DNA of 64,000 nucleotides from Nitrospirota bacterium (GTDB lineage Bacteria; Nitrospirota; 9FT-COMBO-42-15; HDB-SIOI813): contig JACRGV010000005.1 of assembly GCA_016212215.1 (NCBI GenBank), positions 1,391 to 65,390 of the forward strand. The letters run 5' to 3'. Numbering within the stretch: position 1 is the first letter of the stretch; every line of letters begins with the position of its first letter. Positions 28,701 to 36,400 of the stretch are shown here, piece by piece. The notes beneath the pieces are model-generated. The model had not been told where the DNA came from and made no database searches. It saw only the letters and a program-made list of their open reading frames with translations. A program made the position numbers and the translations under genes.

Positions 28701-29880
28701 TAATAAGCCTTTCCATTCTGTCGGTATATGTATGTTCGCATAGAACCCTCTGATAACCGGCCTCTGCAATCTTTCTCATCTGAGCAGGATTACTCAGGTA
28801 ATAACCGGTAAGTCTGTTTAATTCCTCTTTATCCCTGTAACATATTATCTCTTTTCCTATTAAAAAGTACTCTTCCAATTCCTCTTTGAAATCCGTCAAT
28901 AGAAAGGACATGCATGCAGGGACATCAAATACCCTTTGATTAACTGCTGTAACAAGCTGTGTCCTTGAAATGTTAAGGTTTATCAATGAGGCATTGTATA
29001 CCTTAGGAAGGTCTTCAAAATAATCTACCGCCGGATGAAGGCTGCATTTATCTAAAACCATTAGCCAGCTCTTGTTTCCATATATCCTGATACCATATTT
29101 TAGAAGAGGCCGTATCAATTCTGCTCTGTAATCCCTGCCTGATTCATGCTCAATAATTATATTGATAACCCATGGAATATCCTCCTGCGGATATATTGGA
29201 TTTAATCTAAAGTAATCTAATGCTGACTGATATATTTCAGGAGTACTTTTCTTAGTACCTTTTTTAAGGTTTTCTGAGGCAAGCCTTATTACATCATTCA
29301 TCTCTTTCGGCATGTCAACCCATCTGTTTCTAAGTACATTTCTTAATAATGCACACTTGTCGGCATAACTATAACCCACAAAGCTTATATCTGTTTTGTA
29401 TTTCGCGATATCAGCAGTATCAAGAGTCAGCGGCTTGAAATAATTATCATCTGCACCAAGAGGAAGGTGGTAGGTTTCAGTCATGCCCAGTTTCTTCATC
29501 TCCTCGCACTGATGTTTATCATATACAAGTTTTGTAAATAAATCTGAGTGATTATATTGCCCATAATTAAGCACTATGAGCGGATTATCTACGAACCAGA
29601 TGAATACATGAATATTCAGTATCCTATAGGCTGATAATAATATCCCATCCCTGTCACAGGTTTTTCCATTTATATCCAGAATAAGGTCAGGACCAAAAGG
29701 GATTATCTCTTTGAGCAGGGCTAACGGATCGAATAGGTCGAAGACATTAGAACCCTCCTCGCCCTTCAATTTCATTAGTTGTACGGTATGTCCGATTGCC
29801 TGGAGCCCCCGTACACAGCTTGGGCCGATATAACCTTTTTCATGGTCAATTACAGTAATTTTTAATTTTTCTTTTTTCAT
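25747..29880 (-). CDS. Giant multi-domain glycosyltransferase (1377 aa): CgeB-like GT domain - TPR - GT2 - TPR - GT2 - TPR.
   Basis: CgeB/DUF3880-like tail NISRTQLVTAVNQRVFDVPACMSFLLTDF. Two GT2 cores (LCMIVKNEEANL...VVDTGSEDRT...DADE and LCMIVRNEEAVL...VVDTGSIDDT...DADE). Multiple TPR blocks. An in-frame repeat insertion (KIPPQPPLEQRGG) lies in a linker. Confidence 0.8.
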   Translation of the reverse strand: MKKEKLKITVIDHEKGYIGPSCVRGLQAIGHTVQLMKLKGEEGSNVFDLFDPLALLKEIIPFGPDLILDINGKTCDRDGILLSAYRILNIHVFIWFVDNPLIVLNYGQYNHSDLFTKLVYDKHQCEEMKKLGMTETYHLPLGADDNYFKPLTLDTADIAKYKTDISFVGYSYADKCALLRNVLRNRWVDMPKEMNDVIRLASENLKKGTKKSTPEIYQSALDYFRLNPIYPQEDIPWVINIIIEHESGRDYRAELIRPLLKYGIRIYGNKSWLMVLDKCSLHPAVDYFEDLPKVYNASLINLNISRTQLVTAVNQRVFDVPACMSFLLTDFKEELEEYFLIGKEIICYRDKEELNRLTGYYLSNPAQMRKIAEAGYQRVLCEHTYTDRMERLINIYENMPDNNYEPEEKGEAYEKANLFIGQAYLKLSNKEKAGIHFKKALIPGSKNYICRLNTVGVSFLQNKEYESSIPIFMEASALDKDESSFLLNLGLAYKKTGKYADAEYYYKKALEKDPSNTLIKKSLNDLYPKIPPQPPLEQRGGFALTFMNDLFMTVNKSIKEGEVTHGISLCMIVKNEEANLAQCIKSVHRIVSEVIVVDTGSEDRTIEIAREYGAQVYNFKWNDNFSDARNMSLDLATKDWILILDADEIIAERDIESLRLLCESKEYDAFSFLTRNYINDSRGAVWIQNDNSYKEGSGNSGWFPSRKVRLFRNDRRIRFSGVIHELVEDSVRNLKLIIGETAIPVHHYGAGKSGLSLREKRIKYINYCRMKIEEEPENPKAYYEYGIECCEYGLAAEAVEAFKKVLDINPDFPFVHGYLGASLITLGFHREAIVYLNQGINKEPDNPGLYNNIASAYYEIGDYDKAIIYYKKAIDLKPDYASCYKNIGLSYLKLDDKSHAVESLEKALLLNQHLDDVSMLLNELKKVNLKKPKLSLCMIVRNEEAVLKECLESVANIVDEIIVVDTGSIDDTLKIASSYGAKILQTEWKDDFSGPRNISIKNASGDYILWLDADEKISQESKDMILKLKETLPETRNSSNSYNGKAEAYSIIITSKRNNQINELNHEEESFRSLRIFPNIPGIEFKGKVHEDVSGSLKQTGIKVTPLDINVEHYGYRNDDEIRMKVKRNIPLLMEELALTPDDPLKLFYLANSFYCIGDIVQAIYYMDKARIQKGSAVRNMDWYPFAYVKLAQFYRESDKQDDAVKIYEELIALFPEFATGYFFLGEALFFQRRYSEALKQMEVHQNLNIEISSYPLPIKKMDYLKYYYSGCCLMEAGEYYEAAEYFSKALNIDPNALTLHISLSRLFALTRDLQSCVEACNKVLKYTEMNIDIEINSTKELSKIFDSIGESFEARSLLHEAMESYKTSLVLLADTY
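28255..28292. repeat. GC-hairpin repeat copy in-frame within the 1377-aa GT.
   Basis: cccccctttgttcaagggggggctggggggg. Confidence 0.7.
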
Positions 29881-31160
29881 AACATTTCTAAAATACGTCT
29901 TGCCTCTTCATTTCCGGGGTCATATTTGACGGATAGTCCTATCTCTCTTTTTGCATCCTCTCTTTTCCCTGTTTCAGCGTATATCAGACCAAGATAAAAT
30001 CTCGGCATGCTGTACTGAGGATTTATTCTGACTGCTTCCATAAACTCCTCTGATGCCTCTTTCTTTTTACCGAGTAAATAATAGGCCACACCAAGATTAT
30101 GCCTTGCAATAGAATGATTAGGGTAAACGCGTATAACTTCTCTGAAATGAAGCAAAGAATTGTTAATATCACCGTTTTTAAAGAATATTTCTCCCAGCAT
30201 ATAGTGGGCATTGAAATGCGCTGGTTTTATCCTGATGACATTCAGCAGGAATTTTAATGCCTCATCGGCACGCCCCCTCTTTACCAGAAAATTAGCAAAA
30301 TTATATTGAAACATCGCATTATCGCTATTTAACCTCAATGCCTTTAAATAGAATTTTTCAGACTTCAGGTCATCTGATTTCTCTTCTGATAGTAAAGCAA
30401 GCTCATGATAAGCATCACCAAAACCCGGTTTGGAATCTAATAACTCATTCAGCAATTGTTCTGCCTTTTCAAGTAAGCCTGCTTCTATATTCAGGCGTGA
30501 AGCCCTTAATAAATATTCCGTATTTCCGGGATATTCCCTTGCACGTTTCTCCTCTAATAACGCATAACGCTGTAATTTATTCTTGAATTGATCTTCACCC
30601 CTCATAAATCCATAATGATGAATCGGTATATGAGAATCCTGAAACTGTAATCCTTTATCCTTCATGCTGTCTTCAAGCGTCTCATGAATCCTGCCTTTAT
30701 ATCTTATCCCAAGACCATTCCTGAAAAGCCTGACAAGCGGGAAAGGATGGAACCCTGAAATGCTCATACTTTCTTCATAATCCATTGGATTAGGCAGCCA
30801 TCCGATTATATTTGATTTTTCACTATAATTTCGCAGAATAAAAGTATATCCTGCATATTTTTGGGTTTTTATTAATTCACTTATCTTTGAAAGGTCCCTG
30901 CCTGCGATGGCTTCATCAGCATCAAGTACAAGTATCCAGTCACCTGATGCCTTTGAGATTGAAAAATTCTTTGCCTCACTGAAATCATCATTCCAGTTGA
31001 AGGGGAATACTCTTGCATTGAATCTATTTGCTTCCTCAACCGTCCTGTCGGTAGAGCCTGTATCAACAACAATAATCTCATCTGCTATTTGCTGTACGCT
31101 GGATAATGCCCTGCCGATAACCTCCTCTTCGTTTTTAACAATCATGCAAAGCGTCAACAT
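29877..31160 (-). CDS. GT2 glycosyltransferase with C-terminal TPR repeats.
   Basis: MLTLCMIVKNEEEVIGRAL...IVVDTGSTDRT...LDADE; TPR (AYHELALLSEEKSDDLKSEKFYLKALRLN...). Confidence 0.8.
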   Translation of the reverse strand: MLTLCMIVKNEEEVIGRALSSVQQIADEIIVVDTGSTDRTVEEANRFNARVFPFNWNDDFSEAKNFSISKASGDWILVLDADEAIAGRDLSKISELIKTQKYAGYTFILRNYSEKSNIIGWLPNPMDYEESMSISGFHPFPLVRLFRNGLGIRYKGRIHETLEDSMKDKGLQFQDSHIPIHHYGFMRGEDQFKNKLQRYALLEEKRAREYPGNTEYLLRASRLNIEAGLLEKAEQLLNELLDSKPGFGDAYHELALLSEEKSDDLKSEKFYLKALRLNSDNAMFQYNFANFLVKRGRADEALKFLLNVIRIKPAHFNAHYMLGEIFFKNGDINNSLLHFREVIRVYPNHSIARHNLGVAYYLLGKKKEASEEFMEAVRINPQYSMPRFYLGLIYAETGKREDAKREIGLSVKYDPGNEEARRILEML

Positions 31161-31198
31161 AATATTTCCTTATAGTAACAGTCTTTGTTCATCCAATA

Positions 31199-31290
31199 AC
31201 CCCATCCCCACCCTACCCCTCCCCTTGAAGGGGAGGGAATCAACGTAGCCCCCTCTCCCTCAGGGAGAGTGTCCGGGTGAGGGTGGGGTT
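31199..31290. repeat. GC-hairpin repeat, double-hairpin form.
   Basis: cccatccccaccctacccctccccttgaaggggagggaat...ccctctccctcagggagag...gggtgagggtgggg. Confidence 0.8.
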
Positions 31291-31339
31291 TTCATTGCCC
31301 TTTGTGAGCGCCCCGCTCATGACGGTTCATCCAATAATC

Positions 31340-31378
31340 CCATCCCATCCCTAACCCTCCCCTTGAAGGGGAGGGAAT
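31340..31378. repeat. GC-hairpin repeat copy. Together with 31186-31240 it forms a tandem duplication of the 'ttcatccaataaYcccatccc...' unit.
   Basis: cccatcccatccctaaccctccccttgaaggggagggaat. Confidence 0.8.
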
Positions 31379-31413
31379 GAACTTTAGTATCCCTATACCC
31401 TTCATTTTTTATC

Positions 31414-33123
31414 TTATACATTGACTAAACCGATTCTCTGAAATACAGCACTTGTAATCTCATTCAAAATTATTATCATTCCGGATGATAATAATTTTAA
31501 CAGCCTGTATATCTCCATTGTTTCTCTTATTATCTGTATTGGGTTTTCTTCATGAATACTTGCCTTCTGCATACGGTAAAACGTAGTCAAAGGTCTTATA
31601 TGTTCTGTACCTGAGCCTTTCTCATAAATTAATAAATCAATAATCTCAATATCTTCCATCTTTTCCTGAATGGTGTTTATATAACTTTCTTCATTAGAAA
31701 ATATATTGGAAAGGGTTTCTTCAGCTTTTATTAATCCACGTTCTGCAAAACACTCTAAGACCCTGAGCGCTGATATTAAATCATCAGATTTTTTATCAAA
31801 AGTATCCGGTAAACCTGTTATATCCTTATCTGTTATATCAAAGGTCTCTTTCAGCCATTGGATCTCAGATACAGGAACACTTCCAACTTTTCTGTTGCCC
31901 AGCACATCCTTCCATAGCCTCTTATAGGCAAGCATTAAAATATCATTGAATGTAAGCGGCCTTTTAACAAGCGGGACATACGATATGAACCCGTCATCAT
32001 CAAACATTGAGATATTTACTTCAATGTTTTTGTTATTACAATTTATTGAATTATCCGGATTCAACGCATGGTTAATAACAGAAAACACATCCCCTGAAGA
32101 AATGTTATGCCGGCATTTATAATCAATTGAACATTCATCCTTCCACATACATGGATAACAATCAATAACAGGTGATATTGTTATATGCCCTCTGCCGTAC
32201 GGCCCGGTTTCAATGGGATATGCATGACATATATATAAGCCTATAACCCTTGTGCCGGCTGCGCTTGATAAATGTACAGTTCCTGTGTCATTGCTGACAA
32301 GTAATTTACAACGTTTTAATATGGCGGCAAGCTGTGAAAATGTTGTCTTTCCTGTCAGGTCAACAACGCCGGGATTATCATTTTTAATAGTCTGAGTAAT
32401 ATCCCTTTCAGGGTTTGTTCCAAGGACAATAACCTTTATTCCAGAATTTATGAGCAATCCGGCAAGTTCTGAGAATCTCTCTTTGGGCCAGATACGCCTC
32501 CTGATACTTGCACCCGGCTGTAAGGCTATAACCGGTGTCCCGTCACTCAACCCTTCTTCATGGAATAGCTTCATAGCAAACTCGTCTGCTGAATCACCTG
32601 TCTGGAACCCGCTCATGTCTTCAACAGGGGATCCATATTCGTAATTTCTGAAAACATCAATAATATGGAAAGGGTTGTACTCTCTGGTTTGAACCACACA
32701 CCCCATGTAATTTGCCCATGACCCGTTAACTATCCGTTCGCCATTGCTTCCTGTTGTAAACCCGACCGTGTCAGGTACTTTCAATAGTGACGTTATAAGT
32801 GTTGTTATCTTATTAAAATTAAGATTAATAATGCGATCAAATCTAATATCCCTCAGACCCTCTATAACATTTTTCAGATACCTGTAACCGTATAATATAA
32901 TTTCAGTCTCATCCAATCCGCTCATTCCGCCGGGAAGATTAAGCCAGTCTGCAATCATAACTGAATCAACCTCTTTATAACCCATTAATATATCCTTAAC
33001 TTCTTCACGTGCTAATACTGTGACGTGAGAATCCGGATGAATTTGCTTAATACCCTTTATCAATGGGACTATGAACAGGTTATCCCCAAATCTGTCGAGT
33101 TGAATCAAAAGTATCTTTACCAT
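31414..33123 (-). CDS. GT9-family (heptosyltransferase-like) glycosyltransferase with a C-terminal extension domain.
   Basis: MVKILLIQLDRFGDNLFIVPLIKGIK... and ...SNDTGTVHLSSAAG are GT9 hallmarks; about 220 aa of extra C-terminal sequence. Confidence 0.65.
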   Translation of the reverse strand: MVKILLIQLDRFGDNLFIVPLIKGIKQIHPDSHVTVLAREEVKDILMGYKEVDSVMIADWLNLPGGMSGLDETEIILYGYRYLKNVIEGLRDIRFDRIINLNFNKITTLITSLLKVPDTVGFTTGSNGERIVNGSWANYMGCVVQTREYNPFHIIDVFRNYEYGSPVEDMSGFQTGDSADEFAMKLFHEEGLSDGTPVIALQPGASIRRRIWPKERFSELAGLLINSGIKVIVLGTNPERDITQTIKNDNPGVVDLTGKTTFSQLAAILKRCKLLVSNDTGTVHLSSAAGTRVIGLYICHAYPIETGPYGRGHITISPVIDCYPCMWKDECSIDYKCRHNISSGDVFSVINHALNPDNSINCNNKNIEVNISMFDDDGFISYVPLVKRPLTFNDILMLAYKRLWKDVLGNRKVGSVPVSEIQWLKETFDITDKDITGLPDTFDKKSDDLISALRVLECFAERGLIKAEETLSNIFSNEESYINTIQEKMEDIEIIDLLIYEKGSGTEHIRPLTTFYRMQKASIHEENPIQIIRETMEIYRLLKLLSSGMIIILNEITSAVFQRIGLVNV

Positions 33124-33326
33124 CCCGGCTCTCCTTTATATCTCTTGATTACGCCTTCAAGTAACAGGAATATTTCTTCAGCCTCAGTAAATCTGCCTGA
33201 ACCGCTCTCAATATGTTCTCTGATTGTTCTGAAATTAAATATCTTATCCTGGGGAATATTTTTGAGATATTCGGATAAAGCAGGATCAATACTTTGCATT
33301 TTCAAAACCATTCCGATTGTTGTCAT
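33117..33326 (-). CDS. Small hypothetical protein upstream of, and overlapping, the GT9 gene.
   Basis: 69-aa ORF in operonic position; no motif. Confidence 0.25.
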   Translation of the reverse strand: MTTIGMVLKMQSIDPALSEYLKNIPQDKIFNFRTIREHIESGSGRFTEAEEIFLLLEGVIKRYKGEPGW

Positions 33327-33333
33327 TTATTGA

Positions 33334-33412
33334 CCACCCCCACCCTAACCCTCCCCCGTCAAGGGGGAGGGAATAATTGATATAACCTCTCCGTCAAGTG
33401 GGAGGGAATATT
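33334..33412. repeat. GC-hairpin repeat (two hairpins).
   Basis: ccacccccaccctaaccctcccccgtcaagggggagggaat...ctctccgtcaagtgggagggaat. Confidence 0.8.
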
Positions 33413-33416
33413 ATTT

Positions 33417-36400
33417 TTAGTACGAATTATTTTTCCTCTGTTCAAACTCTGCTACAACCTGTTGTACCTCGGGATTGCCGGGCTGTTTCAAATTAGCGAG
33501 CCGTATCACATCCTCTGCGTCCTTCATATCCCCCTGTTCAAGGAAATACCGGGAAAGGAATATATATGTCTGAATGTAATGGGGGTCAATTTCGAGAGAG
33601 TCCACAGCATATTGAAGTGCTTCAGAGATATTATGTAGTTCCTTTGCAATACAGGCAAGTTTATAGAGGGATTCAGCAAATGTCGGATCTTTGCTTAAAT
33701 CGTCTTTGTATATGGAGATCGCTTCTGTTAATTTCTTATCCTGAACTAATTGTTCCGGTAATGTGTGTGTATCGTACGAATGGTGATTGCATGGTATGTC
33801 TGCATCAACTACTATGCCGCCTGCTTTTATGATAAAAAAACCTTCCCCGCGAACACGACGCTGCAAGAACCAGAACATCTCCTCGTCATTGTTGCTAATG
33901 GCAAGCCCCTGTATACAGGGGCGAATCAGTTTTCCGTTGATTACAGAAATAGACATATCTGCATACTGAATAATCTCTACACTTTTTCCGTTTCCTGTTC
34001 GGTGTGCATGTGTAAGAGGGGCGTAGTTGCCGGTGGGGACAGTTATTGCAGCATCCGGGTATCCTAATGCAATGTCAATTATTGCGCGAACTTTTTCCTG
34101 TGACGGATTCAGTTTTTTATCAATAAGGACAATGAAATCGTATTGTCCCTTCGTCATCGTTTCTATCAGCCAGGGTTGTATCGGATCTCCGCCAGGGGAA
34201 ATGATCTCCCCTCTGTAGAACTCTGCAATGGAAGTGTAGCTTCTCAGGTGATCCGCAGGTATAGATGTGCCGCCGCCTCTTTCTACAATAGCTATACGTG
34301 GGAACCTAATGACAGTGTTTTCCGCCACCGGGATGAGATCGTCCGGTTCATAAGGCATTAATGTAAGTTTACCCTGTTGCCCTACTTCTATTCGTTCATT
34401 TTTATTAAGTTTTATAAAATATTTTTCCTTGTTGATATTTTGAGACGGCCCGAACATATCCGCCCGGTATCTGCTTGTGGTAACGCTGCCGAAGTGGTGG
34501 ATAAAAACGTCATTAGCAACGATCAACCTATATCCTGCTAAAAGAAGCCGCAAGGTTAAATCGTCATCACTAAAGCCATATCCGCCGTCTCTGCCATTGG
34601 TAGGAAGATCAGGGTCCCACCCTCCAATCCTTTCTAATATCTCCTTTTTTATAATATAAAGCATACCAACTACTCTCTGAGTTTCGAAATTCGATCCTTT
34701 GTGGTTCTTTCCCCACTCGGCTGCAAATGTCTGGTAAGCTTCTAAGGTGTCATACTCTGCTTGAGCAGCCTGTGGGCCGCTTATATTGTTTGAGCGTGGC
34801 CCAACCATTGCTATGTCAGGCGCAGATTCGATTTGTCCGATGAAATTATGCAGCCATCCCTCGTGCACAATCGTGTCATTGGTGACAGCGACAATGTATT
34901 TTCCTAGTGTAAGTGAAGCTACATAGTTGCCGAGATATTCAACATTGCGGTTCTGATAATTTCTAATAATGCGGGTATTGGGATGGAATGTCTTGACAGA
35001 TTCAAAATATTCATAAGTACCGTCTGTTGAGCCGTTATCAACGAGCAGTAATTCGTAATGGCCTGTAGTATAATGTAAAATACTCTCTACGCACAGCCTG
35101 GTGTATTGAATCTGATTATATGCTAAAACGATAATACTTGTCATAATGCTTTCGTTATCTCCCAGGTTATTCGATTGCAAGGTATCAATAGAAGAGGAAA
35201 GGCTATTCACAGGAGCAGGCGGAATTGATTGAAGAAAAGGAGATGGGCTGACGTGCGGCAGAGTCTTGGCATTAGCAGGGAATCCGACATGGTTAAATAT
35301 TCCCAAAAGCCGGTGCGTCCAAGTATGTTCGGCAATCGTCCGCTCGTATCCACGCTGTGCAATCACCTCACGTTCGTGAACATGGGAAAGATAATACATG
35401 GATTTGTCAATCAATTCTTCCGGAGAGGATGCAAGCACAACTTCCCTGTCAGGCTCATAGTACTCTTCCAAATGGTCAGCAGGTGTTGTAAGCAGGAATC
35501 CCCTGCACCCCGGTATCTCAAAAATCCTTTTACTAATCTTATGGTCATCGCTGCCAATAGAATCACCAATATTTAGATTTATCTTTGTTTGATTATAAAT
35601 CCTCACCATATCTTGATACGGTATGTCCATTGACCCGGGCCAACCGAAACCGAAAACATCAATAGCGAAACGGTTTTGGCGTATCTTCTCTATTATGTCT
35701 GAACGATTATCCTTAGCCGAACCAACAAAGCTCATATCTCGCGTCCTGACGCCTGGCATTTGTTGATAAGTAAATGGGTTGAATGCCCACTGGCTTTTAA
35801 TAACTTTATGACCGAAACCGGCTTGTTGGTATTTGCCTATGTCTTCATGCGAGGTGGTTATAATGTGGTCAACGCAGGGTGCCCAATGCTGCGCGTTATA
35901 ATCAAAACTATGACGGTCATCGTTCATCCAGATGATTGTTTGTGTATCTGTATGATCAGTAATTGAGCGCAATGCTTCAGGCAGAATGTCCGCATGAATG
36001 TTAAACGGGCTGTATAAGAACAGATCAAACTGTTCTTTACGAACAATTTCCATGAGCCTGTCCGACATGCCGGCAACCCCTCGCTGCTGCGCCTCGGTGA
36101 CGAAATCATAAAATTGCACCTGTACGTCCTCAAAGCGATTAAGTGCATCGTACATGTTCCACCAATTATAATCATATCCTCTTTGTGCATTGCCGGAATT
36201 ATATTTGGCTCCGGCAACCAATACCTTTATCGCCGGTTTCTTTCTGATAAGGGAAAACTTGTGATCCCGCACAGCAGGTACCATAAGCCCCTGTATTCGC
36301 GAGATCAACTGCTCTCTAATGATTTTATTATTATACAGTTCAGGAGGCGAGGCACTCGATAAATGCTTCCATGACCACATCACAGGATTACTTATAAACT

